DNA of 64,000 nt from positions 1 through 64,000 of IMG/VR virus record IMGVR_UViG_3300007512_000009. One strand, written 5' to 3'. This DNA is from a virus. Positions within the stretch are counted from its first letter, which is position 1. Every line of letters begins with the position of its first letter. Positions 42,318 through 51,779 of this stretch are shown here, piece by piece. A program made the translations under genes and the position numbers. The notes beneath the pieces were generated by a model. It ran no database searches. It saw only the letters and a list, made by a program, of their open reading frames with translations, and was not told the DNA's origin.

Positions 42318-44552
42318 ATGGTAGATTTAAATTTATCAAAAAATGCAGAAACAGCAAAAACAATTGTAACTAGTTTACAAAACTCTGGTGTTGATTTATC
42401 CATATCTGAAGAAGATAATTCTGAAATAGTAGTTACATCATCACGTGATTTAACTATATCAGAAACAAATGATATTTCTGCCTACAAAAAAGAAATCTTA
42501 GATGAAATTTCTAGCAAAATAACCACTAGTGACACTGGTACTTATCCCAAGAGAGTGTTTAGGACTGCCTCAATATCATCTGATTCTGGTATAGTTAAAT
42601 TACAGTCGCAAATAGGTTCACAAGGTGTCGCTACTATTAATGGTAGCACTGGTGAGGTAGAAGTAGTAAACAGTGTTTGTGGTGAAACTGGTGATGTTCA
42701 CGTGGTTTGTACATTCAATAGTGCAACTGGTGCAGTAGAAGGTGTAAACTCATTTAATGGTGCTACTGGTATAATAGAAGGTGTTAATAGTATAAATGGT
42801 TCTACTGGTGCTGTTACTCTAACAGATTTGGTTGGAGTTAGTACCTTTAATGGTTTATCTGGTGCTATAGACACCTCATCTCTCGTTTTAACAGTTGCAG
42901 GTCTTAGTGCAGGCTCATCCGTACAAACGATGAACGGATTGGTAATAAACCAAGGTAAATCTGGTGACTCTTTATCCATAGCAATAGGTGGCACTGCTTT
43001 AATCGGTGCACCACTGGATGCAGATACTAACTCACTAGGTGCTAATATAGCAATAGGAAATGGTGCACTTGGTACCAATACCACTGGATTATATAATACT
43101 GCAATCGGATATGGTGCTATCTATAGCGATTCTGATGGAACTGGTAGTGTAGCAATTGGACATGCATGTTCTTACAATGCCAATGGTTCATATAATACAT
43201 CCATTGGACACCAAGCATTTAAAAACGGTGATGGAACCAAAAATGTCGCCATAGGACAAGAGGCATTATATAATGCAGGTGTGATTAAGAACGGTTTGTC
43301 CAATTCCGATTATAATGTTGCTATTGGTGCTAGTGCAGGTCACGGTTTATCTCATGGGATTAACAATATCTTTATTGGATATGATACCCGACCAACTGCT
43401 TCAGAAATTAGCAATCAAATTGCAATAGGTAACACCTCAAGTGCATATCTATATACGGCTGCAGGTATTTCTGCGGGTGGTGCTACATTTGGTAGTAATA
43501 TAATTGTTCATGGTGGTATTTCAGCGAATTCAGGAATTTCAACTGCAGGAAACTTGAATGTGGGTGGTGGTACACTTCAAGGAGTAAACAATTTTGATGG
43601 TGGTACTCTGTCATTCGTTGGTGCTGGTAATATAATCCATAATAGTGGTGGGATTTCTTCGAGTGTAGTGCAAGCAACAGCAGTTATTGGGACTTGGATG
43701 GTTAATAAGGCAGGATTTTCTTCAGATGGTTATCTCCGTCACAGTGGTGGTATTTCCGCTGGCGGAAATTTAGAAACCCAAGCAGATTTGCACGTTGCAG
43801 AAAATATAGAACACGTTGGAGATACTAATACAAAAGTGGGATTCACCACGGACAGAGTAGAATTTGTCGCAGGTGGTGTTACATTTGCATACGGGGTATC
43901 TGGTGCATTTTATGCTAATAAGGGTATTACAGTAACTGGAAATGTATTAATTAGTGGTGGTATTTCAGCAAATGCAGGTATATCTACCTCAGGTCGAGTA
44001 GATGCAAACAAATTGTGGGTAACGAATGGGATATCATCAGACCATGCCATAACAACGTCCCATAACATTATCGGTTCATTCGGTAGGTGTACTAGTTCAG
44101 GTATTTCTTCAAATGCAGGTATTTCAACTGCAAGCGGAATTCAATTTTCTGATGGAAGCATTGCAACATCATATACAGACACAATAGGTGTTTACGTAAC
44201 TAATGGAAGTAGAACGATTACAACAGGAATAAAAGGAAGAAAAATAATACCCTATGATTGTACAGTTACCGAGTGGGTTGTTACTGGTTCTACTTCAGGC
44301 AGTATAACGTGGGATGTTAACTGGGGTAAAACGTCTGCATGGCCTAATGCACTTGCATCTGTAGGATTTAGCGGTAATGGTTCATCACCGCAACTGGGTG
44401 CAACAGCATCGCAATCCTATGTCTTAATACCTACCGCTTGGACAAAATCGGGATTTAGTGCGGGTGATGTTATACAATTTGAAGTAGATTCCGTGTCTAC
44501 TATAACTGACTGTGAATTGGCATTAAAAATTAAAAGGATGGATGGTACATAA
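42318..44552 (+). CDS. Tail fibre/adhesin-like protein
   Basis: 744 aa. V.S.NG.TG repeats, N.AIG (YadA-head-like) repeats, GISA/GISS repeats, C-terminal beta-sandwich. Confidence 0.8.
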   Translation: MVDLNLSKNAETAKTIVTSLQNSGVDLSISEEDNSEIVVTSSRDLTISETNDISAYKKEILDEISSKITTSDTGTYPKRVFRTASISSDSGIVKLQSQIGSQGVATINGSTGEVEVVNSVCGETGDVHVVCTFNSATGAVEGVNSFNGATGIIEGVNSINGSTGAVTLTDLVGVSTFNGLSGAIDTSSLVLTVAGLSAGSSVQTMNGLVINQGKSGDSLSIAIGGTALIGAPLDADTNSLGANIAIGNGALGTNTTGLYNTAIGYGAIYSDSDGTGSVAIGHACSYNANGSYNTSIGHQAFKNGDGTKNVAIGQEALYNAGVIKNGLSNSDYNVAIGASAGHGLSHGINNIFIGYDTRPTASEISNQIAIGNTSSAYLYTAAGISAGGATFGSNIIVHGGISANSGISTAGNLNVGGGTLQGVNNFDGGTLSFVGAGNIIHNSGGISSSVVQATAVIGTWMVNKAGFSSDGYLRHSGGISAGGNLETQADLHVAENIEHVGDTNTKVGFTTDRVEFVAGGVTFAYGVSGAFYANKGITVTGNVLISGGISANAGISTSGRVDANKLWVTNGISSDHAITTSHNIIGSFGRCTSSGISSNAGISTASGIQFSDGSIATSYTDTIGVYVTNGSRTITTGIKGRKIIPYDCTVTEWVVTGSTSGSITWDVNWGKTSAWPNALASVGFSGNGSSPQLGATASQSYVLIPTAWTKSGFSAGDVIQFEVDSVSTITDCELALKIKRMDGT

Positions 44553-45664
44553 TGGCTGAGTATAATGGTTCAAGTGTAGTTATTTATTATGTAGATGGTG
44601 GAGCAGGTAGTGATTCCAATGCGGGAACAGGGGTAACTGCGGCCTGGAAGACTTTGGAGAAAGGATTCGATGAGATGTCAGGTTTTAATGATGGTGATGA
44701 ACTCCGCATTATGAAAACAGGCAATGATGCAGTTAATTATAGACCTGCAACAGCGTTAACCGCAGATTGGGCGAGTAAAGAAATCATTATGAATGGTGCA
44801 GGCACTTCTACTGATGGTGGTCTTGTGGATGGGACAATCATAGAAATAAATGGCAGTTCATTGGATAGTTCTACCCCGATGGTGAAGGTCACCAGTTCGT
44901 CTCTTGACGCAACTATTTTTTCACACATTAAATTTCAGGCTGCTGATACTGCTCAACATTGTGTAGAGGCAACGGTTGCTAATGCACACAATGTCACCTT
45001 TGTGAACTGTCAGTTTACTCAGGCAACCAGTCATGGGTTGTACACTAACAATCTTGCTAATTATTGGAACTTAATTAACTGTAGGTTTGATAATAACGGT
45101 GGTGAAGGTTGTCATATGCAATCCTCCAACTTTAATTTAGTTTATAAATGTTTGTTTGACCATAATGCTGGTGACGGTGGTAGGTTTGGCATTTTTGCCA
45201 GAATCACAGAATGTATATTTCATAGCAACGGTGATGATGGGTTGTACGTAAGCAATTCGGGCAGCATGGTTTGTAATTGTATTTTTGATGAAAATAATAG
45301 TGATGGTGTATACAGGACAGGAAGTGGTCAAAGTTGTTTTGTCAATAACGTTTACAGCAACAATGGTTCACAGCCGCACAACACAGCATCGGGTACGGAA
45401 ACAAGAAACTTTTATAATGCCTATTTTGGCAATCCATCAAACAGGCTAGGGTACACATCTGGTACAGACCACCAGTCACTTTACAATTATATTCAGGGAG
45501 CAACGACTGAATGGGGTTCAACACCAGACCATGATTACACACCAGACTATAATTCAGATTTGATTGATGGTGGGATGCCCACACAATTTAGGTCGTTTGG
45601 AAGCACAACAGACACAATAGGCCCAAACAAATGGGTGAACACAGAAAGTATTAGCGTTTTTTAG
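44552..45664 (+). CDS. Right-handed parallel beta-helix (pectin-lyase-like) tailspike-type protein
   Basis: YYVDG..GSDSNAG start; repeated NC.F..N..G strands. Confidence 0.75.
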   Translation: MAEYNGSSVVIYYVDGGAGSDSNAGTGVTAAWKTLEKGFDEMSGFNDGDELRIMKTGNDAVNYRPATALTADWASKEIIMNGAGTSTDGGLVDGTIIEINGSSLDSSTPMVKVTSSSLDATIFSHIKFQAADTAQHCVEATVANAHNVTFVNCQFTQATSHGLYTNNLANYWNLINCRFDNNGGEGCHMQSSNFNLVYKCLFDHNAGDGGRFGIFARITECIFHSNGDDGLYVSNSGSMVCNCIFDENNSDGVYRTGSGQSCFVNNVYSNNGSQPHNTASGTETRNFYNAYFGNPSNRLGYTSGTDHQSLYNYIQGATTEWGSTPDHDYTPDYNSDLIDGGMPTQFRSFGSTTDTIGPNKWVNTESISVF

Positions 45665-45674
45665 GAGGTTTATT

Positions 45675-45941
45675 ATGGCTAGTCCAATAGCAAGATTATT
45701 TACAGATTCAGCAGGCGGAGTCATTTTAGCACCAGGCGGTGGTAATGTATTTGTCAATGGTCAACCGATTTCTGTTATGGGTGATATTGTTCAAGGACAT
45801 GGTGAGCATGCTCATTCTGCACCTACTATATTAACTGGTTCTAGCACAGTACGTGCAGGTGGTAAAGGTGTTGTCAGAACAGTAGATACAGCAACTTGCG
45901 GTCACGATGTCATTTCTTCTTCTAATGTATATGCAGGATAA
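45675..45941 (+). CDS. gp5.4: PAAR spike-tip protein
   Basis: PIARL..D..GG...NVFVNGQP...GD....H...H...GSSTV...G...D.ATCGH. Confidence 0.9.
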   Translation: MASPIARLFTDSAGGVILAPGGGNVFVNGQPISVMGDIVQGHGEHAHSAPTILTGSSTVRAGGKGVVRTVDTATCGHDVISSSNVYAG

Positions 45942-45948
45942 CTAAATT

Positions 45949-46785
45949 ATGACACTTTATTCACACGAAACATTTTCTACAGTATTAACTAACCCTGATG
46001 GTACTACAGGAGCAATACCTATTTCTTCTCCACCTTTGTCTGAAGAGGAAAAAGATGTAATTGCTCTAGCATTTGGAACTACTAGTCCATTTAAAAATCC
46101 AATGGCCAATTATATTACTACTAGTCAGAATGGTTTAAGTGGTGCAAGTGTCCTTTTGGTGGCTAGAAATGAGGATGCAGAAGATGAATTGTATGGTCTA
46201 TTAACATCCACTATTAGTAATGTTGTGTCATTACACGATAATTTAAATAGTAGCGACACAAATCCTAACTTTTTAAATCACACTAATAGGCTTAGTGGTA
46301 CTTCTGGTGGTAAAACCTATTTAAATAATGACGGTGGTCTATATGGTTTTGGTGGTCTTCAAGGTATAGCATCTTCCTATAACAATGTCAGAGAGGCTAT
46401 GAGGGGACAAACAGCATCTGTAGAAGACAACTACTCAATATTTTTTACTAGTATATTGACTGTGGGTGAAAGCATAATGTCTGATATTATGGATTTTGGA
46501 AAAGATGGTAGTGGTGTAACTGGACAAATTGGTGGTATCACAATTAGCGAATTAAATGCTGACCAAATATCAACAATAAACACCACAGCAACAGATTTGA
46601 CCACGGCTGTTGTCGATAACATTGATGCAGATAACACTCACCTTTCTATAGCGGTAGATTACCTCAAAAAGTTCGGTAACGGTATGCGTATTTTGGGGAT
46701 GAACAAAGACACATACTTTGGAAGAAAACTTTTAGATGTGATGCAAACAGATATATTAGAGGACGAATTGGACGATTTAACTTGA
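45949..46785 (+). CDS. Hypothetical, probably virion-associated protein
   Basis: 278 aa within the late operon. Confidence 0.65.
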   Translation: MTLYSHETFSTVLTNPDGTTGAIPISSPPLSEEEKDVIALAFGTTSPFKNPMANYITTSQNGLSGASVLLVARNEDAEDELYGLLTSTISNVVSLHDNLNSSDTNPNFLNHTNRLSGTSGGKTYLNNDGGLYGFGGLQGIASSYNNVREAMRGQTASVEDNYSIFFTSILTVGESIMSDIMDFGKDGSGVTGQIGGITISELNADQISTINTTATDLTTAVVDNIDADNTHLSIAVDYLKKFGNGMRILGMNKDTYFGRKLLDVMQTDILEDELDDLT

Positions 46786-46786
46786 A

Positions 46787-46803
46787 TATAAATATTATAA
46801 ATA
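46787..46803 (+). promoter_or_regulatory. Tandem late promoters TATAAATA x2
   Basis: Octamers at 46787 and 46796. Confidence 0.7.
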
Positions 46804-46837
46804 CAGTATATTTTATATTCAAAAATTTTACTAGGAA

Positions 46838-47491
46838 TTGATGATTTTGTTAAATACAACGGAAACAAATAACCAACTTGGTATTGACGTAATGGGGTCA
46901 TGGGTTGAAGTAGGAATGGTATTGGCCGCTATTGCTGTTGGTGTATTTCTAGCAATCCCTGCTATTAAATCAATAATCAACAAAAGAAAAACAACATACC
47001 CCTGCTCCCAAAAATTTAGAAAGACCCATTCTAGAATACATGAATTTTTAACCGAGATTAGGGTCAAAATGGGTGCTGACCGTGCTTCTATGCTTCAATT
47101 TCATAATGGTGGAAAATTTCTAGATGGTTCTTCAGTAAAAAAGTTTTCTTTAACACACGAATCTTGTGTGGTTGGAATATCAGAATCGATGTCCCTAAGA
47201 CAAAACCTCTTAGCATCTACGTTTGTTGAAGCGTTAGAACACTTATCAAAAGATGACCCAACAATAGAGGTAACGTCTAATCTTCATGATAGCCACTTTA
47301 AAAGACACTTGGAAGCAAACCATACCTTAGTTTTTTCTTTAGTCCCTATAAAAGATGTAAGGGGTGCATTGACAATAGGATTCCTACTAGTTGAGTGGTG
47401 TAATTGGGACAAAGCAGATTTAATAAATGACGATAAGGTACTGGTTGAAATACCTCAGTATGCAAGACACATAGAAGGACAACTATACTAA
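46838..47491 (+). CDS. Single-TM plus GAF-like domain protein (T4 holin T-like architecture)
   Basis: TM segment WVEVGMVLAAIAVGVFLAIPAI, then ADRASMLQFHNGG...THE...LVPI...IGFLLVEW. Confidence 0.55.
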   Translation: MMILLNTTETNNQLGIDVMGSWVEVGMVLAAIAVGVFLAIPAIKSIINKRKTTYPCSQKFRKTHSRIHEFLTEIRVKMGADRASMLQFHNGGKFLDGSSVKKFSLTHESCVVGISESMSLRQNLLASTFVEALEHLSKDDPTIEVTSNLHDSHFKRHLEANHTLVFSLVPIKDVRGALTIGFLLVEWCNWDKADLINDDKVLVEIPQYARHIEGQLY

Positions 47492-47492
47492 T

Positions 47493-47873
47493 ATGGCCAG
47501 ATGGAAAGACCTAGATTTAAACTTCACAGCACATCCTGTTACAGGTGATTTAACCACACTGGAAGATGATGATGCTGTAAAAAGGTCAATAAGAAATATT
47601 GTTTATATGTCGGCATACGAGAAACCTTTCCACCCAGAGATAAATGTGGGTATAAGAGATTTGCTATTTGAACAACTATCACCAATCACAGCATTACGTA
47701 TTAGAGAAAAAATAATTGACTCAATAAAAAACTTTGAACCAAGAGCAAATCTGATGGAGGTTCAAGTTTTTGCTGATGCTGACAGGAACTCATTTGCAGT
47801 AAAAATATACTTTAGGATAGTCAATCTACCAGACCCTATTGTACTTGATTTAACACTAGAGAGGTTAAGATAA
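47493..47873 (+). CDS. gp25: Baseplate wedge / sheath initiator
   Basis: KDLDLNF..HPVTGD...AVKRSIRNIV...EKPF.P...FEPR. Confidence 0.95.
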   Translation: MARWKDLDLNFTAHPVTGDLTTLEDDDAVKRSIRNIVYMSAYEKPFHPEINVGIRDLLFEQLSPITALRIREKIIDSIKNFEPRANLMEVQVFADADRNSFAVKIYFRIVNLPDPIVLDLTLERLR

Positions 47874-47874
47874 C

Positions 47875-49713
47875 ATGGCTACTACTAATTCAAATTTAAC
47901 CATTAATAATTTAGATTTTGATGCAATCAAAAACAATCTTAAAAGTTACCTGTCTGGACAGACTGCATTTACAGATTATAACTTCGAAGGTGCTGGTATC
48001 AACATCCTTTTAGACCTTTTAGCATATAATACCCACTATGAGGCCTTTTACAATAACATGATTGCTAATGAAATGTTTTTAGATAGTGCCATAGACAGAA
48101 GTAATATTGTTTCTATAGCAAAGCATCTGGGATATGTACCAAACTCAGTTAGAGGTTCTCAAGCAACAGTGAATGTCGTTCTTGGCAGCACGGTTGGAAT
48201 AAATGCAGGCGATTATCTTTCTATAGGTAGCGTTTTTTCAACAACTAAAGATGGCACCAACTACACATTTGTAAATACCAGTACTTCTACTATAGACCCA
48301 GATGCATCTAATGGATATCACATTAATAATTTAGTTATAACTGAAGGTAAATACGAGTCACATTCTTGGATTAAAGATGATAAACAATCAGACCAGAAAT
48401 TTATTATACCTTCAGCAAATGTAGACACAACATCATTAATAGTCAGAGTACAAAACTCTACTACTGATGACTCTGGTTATAGTGATGGTTGGAATTTATC
48501 TACAGATTATAATGAAGTTACATCCACGTCTAGAGCATATTTTCTACAAGAAGTAGAAGGTGGTAAATTTGAAATTTATTTCGGTGATGGTGTAGTGGGC
48601 AAAAAGCCTGACGATGGTAATTTAATTATTGCTAAGTATTTAACTTCTAACGGTTCTGTTACTAATAACATAGGTGTTAATGACGCAAGCGGTTCTAGGT
48701 CGTTTTCATATGGTTCTGGTAATGCGGTATCTGTAGTATCACCATCAGCAGGTGGTTCTGAAAGAGAATCAATCGATTCAGTTAGATTTTATGCACCTCT
48801 ATCATACCAAACTCAGGGTAGAGCAGTAACTGTAGACGATTATAAATCAATCTTAGTCAGCGATTACCCAGACATTGACTCGATTAGCATTTGGGGTGGA
48901 GAAGAAAACGACCCACCAGAATATGGTAGGGTAATTATTGCTTTCAAACCATCATCGGGTACTGTCATCTCACAAACAACAAAAGATAGTATTATTGATA
49001 CTTTAGTTTCTAGTAAAAATATTGTGGGTCTTCAGGCTAAGATTATTGACCCTAATTACATTTATATTAGGGTCAATACAGAAATTAATTATAATCCCGA
49101 TTATTTGTCTATTAGTGCTGACTCTCTTAAGACTTTGGTCAATAACGCAATAATTAATTTCGGTGATACTAACTTAGACAAATTCGAAAAAGGTCTTAGA
49201 TATTCAAAACTTATTAAAGAAATCGATGATGTCGATACAACTGCTATATTAAGTAATGAAACATCATATAATATGGAATATAGACTCTACCCTGTTGAAG
49301 ACCCAGTTAATGCTTCATATGTTGTAGACTTTTTAAATCCCATATATCATCCACACAGTGCACACTCTTCTGTAGTTAGTAGTACACCATTTTCTTATAC
49401 AGATACAGCAGACAACATCCAAAGAACAGCGTATATTGATGACGATGGAGATGGACTTTTAAGAACTTGGTATTACTTGGGTGGTTTAAAAACGGTAATT
49501 AATAGCAACATAGGAACTATAGACTATGCTAGTGGTGTAATAAATATTAACAACATTACCATTAACTCTGTAGTTTCTGATGCATTTATTAAGATTATTG
49601 CTCAACCAGCCAACAAAGACATAGACAGCAGAAGAGATACAATCTTGTTGATTGATAATGATGACCCTACTGCGATAACAATAACAACAACTCCGAGTAC
49701 TTATTTAATCTAA
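47875..49713 (+). CDS. gp6: Baseplate wedge subunit
   Basis: LDFDAIKNNLKSYL...DYNFEG...LLDLLAYNTHY...AKHLGY...GG.ERES...RAVT..DY. Confidence 0.95.
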   Translation: MATTNSNLTINNLDFDAIKNNLKSYLSGQTAFTDYNFEGAGINILLDLLAYNTHYEAFYNNMIANEMFLDSAIDRSNIVSIAKHLGYVPNSVRGSQATVNVVLGSTVGINAGDYLSIGSVFSTTKDGTNYTFVNTSTSTIDPDASNGYHINNLVITEGKYESHSWIKDDKQSDQKFIIPSANVDTTSLIVRVQNSTTDDSGYSDGWNLSTDYNEVTSTSRAYFLQEVEGGKFEIYFGDGVVGKKPDDGNLIIAKYLTSNGSVTNNIGVNDASGSRSFSYGSGNAVSVVSPSAGGSERESIDSVRFYAPLSYQTQGRAVTVDDYKSILVSDYPDIDSISIWGGEENDPPEYGRVIIAFKPSSGTVISQTTKDSIIDTLVSSKNIVGLQAKIIDPNYIYIRVNTEINYNPDYLSISADSLKTLVNNAIINFGDTNLDKFEKGLRYSKLIKEIDDVDTTAILSNETSYNMEYRLYPVEDPVNASYVVDFLNPIYHPHSAHSSVVSSTPFSYTDTADNIQRTAYIDDDGDGLLRTWYYLGGLKTVINSNIGTIDYASGVININNITINSVVSDAFIKIIAQPANKDIDSRRDTILLIDNDDPTAITITTTPSTYLI

Positions 49714-49717
49714 TTAT

Positions 49718-51772
49718 ATGGCACTAATCCCCCTACATCTTGGACAAGATGGTATTACCCTTCATGCTATTAGTGGTATATCTGCCAGTGTTGATGATGG
49801 TGCATCTCACCAAAATAAAGACAGGATTCCTGAATTTGTTGCTACTGACCATACGTCTTTTATGACTTTTTTACAAGCATACTATGAATGGATGGAAACA
49901 GAAGGTAATCCTAAATATGAATCTCTTAAAATGTTAGACAGAAGAGATGTGGATGATACTGTTGATGATTTTGTTAAATACTTCTCTAAAGAGTTTATTC
50001 AGAATTTCCCAGAAACATTTGCTAGTACTAGTACAGACAAAAGAAAACTTATTAAAAACATTAAAGATTTTTACTATGCAAAAGGCACTGAAAAATCCTA
50101 TAAGTTATTGTTTAGACTTTTATTTGATGAAACACCTGAATTTAAATATCCAAGTAATGAAATAATAAAAGCATCAGATGCCAATTGGACAGAACCATTA
50201 GTATTAAAACTATCTAAAACTAACGATATATCCAATATATTCGAAATGTTGGGTAGAAAACTAGAACAAAGACACCCGTGGTCTAATGAAATTTTAGCAT
50301 ATGGATTTATTGAAAATATGTTAACATACCACAAAGAAGGTTATGGTGTTATTGAGGTAGAGTTATCAGGCATATTTGGTGACTTTGAATCAGAGAAAGA
50401 AGTTCAAATCACTTTACCTAGTGGTACTACAATATATGAATACGTTTATCCAACCTTAGCAAGCATAGGAGTTTCTTCTGGTGCCAGCGGTACTAATTAT
50501 TCTGTGGGCGACCAAATTACTATCAGTGGAAGCAGTATGGGTGTTGGTGCGTTAGGAGAGGTTACATCAGTTGGTCTTAGTGGTGAGATAAACAGAATTG
50601 AACTATTAAATACAGGTATTAATTACAGGTCTATTGAAAGTTTAACCGCTACAATATCTTCTAACGGTGGTACTGGTAGTGGTGCTACTCTTGGTATTAC
50701 TGGTGGTGGTAACATTCAAAGGAAGAAAGGATACTGGTCTGGGAATGCAGGGTTGTTAAGTTCTTCCAACAAATTACAAGACAATGACTACTACCAATCA
50801 TTTTCTTATGTGATTAAATCATCTAAAAATCTTAAAGATTATGCGGATACGGTAAAGAGAATTATACATCCCGCAGGGTTCAAATTATTTGGTAATACTC
50901 TTCTATCCGAAATCATGTCTGCAGGGGGTACTTTAAGTCCCACACTTAAAAAATATGAAGTACCGCTTAGTGGTCATTATACACCATATAGGTTTACAAC
51001 TGAAAGAAATCTCAGAGCAAACGGTATTGGTGGGTCTGGTGGAACAGACTTATATCCAGACGGATATGGTTGGTCTGCGGGTGCAACTGGATTTGTAGTG
51101 GGAGAAACAGCAAGTACTGTCCATGCAGTTGTCGGTGGTTCTGGCCCTCTAGGGGGTGTTACTCATAGAAATGAAAGTATAGGTTCGGGTGCATCACATG
51201 GAACTGCTGATTCTCAAGGGCCTGGTGGTACACTGAATGGCCCTCAGGGCAACCAGTTTAATGTTGTAGGTGGTATTTGGGGAGCATCTGGAATGTCATC
51301 TGGTGAAACTGGTTATGGTTCAACGCTAGCAGGTGCTGGCTATTGGGAGATTTATTGTCACCCCAATTCTAGAAACATAACCAATATACCCAACAAAAAA
51401 GGTCTTACAACAGATAGACTTTTCTTAACTTCAGCAGAAGGTCAATTAAATGGTTGGGGTATTTGTACTGGTCAGTTTGATGTGGGTGAATACATAATAC
51501 AAAAGAGTCCTCATTCACAATTAGCCATAGGCAAAGTTGGTGCTGTTGATTTTATGGGTGGTATGTTTTATATTGATGTTAACACCATAAGCGGTGTTTT
51601 TCTACCTTATAATCAAGATATGATTGGTGGCTCTGTAGGATTAGCAACTGGAAAGTCTTGGGGTAAAACAGGTTACATAAATAGTATAGGTCGTAGTGTA
51701 GGTTCAACTACTAACTATAACGAAATGAATTATGTAACCATTCAAGACTTCTTATTTGGAATAGAGAGATGA
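49718..51772 (+). CDS. gp7: Baseplate wedge initiator (gp7-like)
   Basis: IPEF...FLQAYYEW...FY.AKGTEKS...LF; LQDNDYYQSFSYVIKS...HPAGFKLFG; lies between gp6 and gp8. Confidence 0.8.
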   Translation: MALIPLHLGQDGITLHAISGISASVDDGASHQNKDRIPEFVATDHTSFMTFLQAYYEWMETEGNPKYESLKMLDRRDVDDTVDDFVKYFSKEFIQNFPETFASTSTDKRKLIKNIKDFYYAKGTEKSYKLLFRLLFDETPEFKYPSNEIIKASDANWTEPLVLKLSKTNDISNIFEMLGRKLEQRHPWSNEILAYGFIENMLTYHKEGYGVIEVELSGIFGDFESEKEVQITLPSGTTIYEYVYPTLASIGVSSGASGTNYSVGDQITISGSSMGVGALGEVTSVGLSGEINRIELLNTGINYRSIESLTATISSNGGTGSGATLGITGGGNIQRKKGYWSGNAGLLSSSNKLQDNDYYQSFSYVIKSSKNLKDYADTVKRIIHPAGFKLFGNTLLSEIMSAGGTLSPTLKKYEVPLSGHYTPYRFTTERNLRANGIGGSGGTDLYPDGYGWSAGATGFVVGETASTVHAVVGGSGPLGGVTHRNESIGSGASHGTADSQGPGGTLNGPQGNQFNVVGGIWGASGMSSGETGYGSTLAGAGYWEIYCHPNSRNITNIPNKKGLTTDRLFLTSAEGQLNGWGICTGQFDVGEYIIQKSPHSQLAIGKVGAVDFMGGMFYIDVNTISGVFLPYNQDMIGGSVGLATGKSWGKTGYINSIGRSVGSTTNYNEMNYVTIQDFLFGIER

Positions 51773-51779
51773 TACTAAT

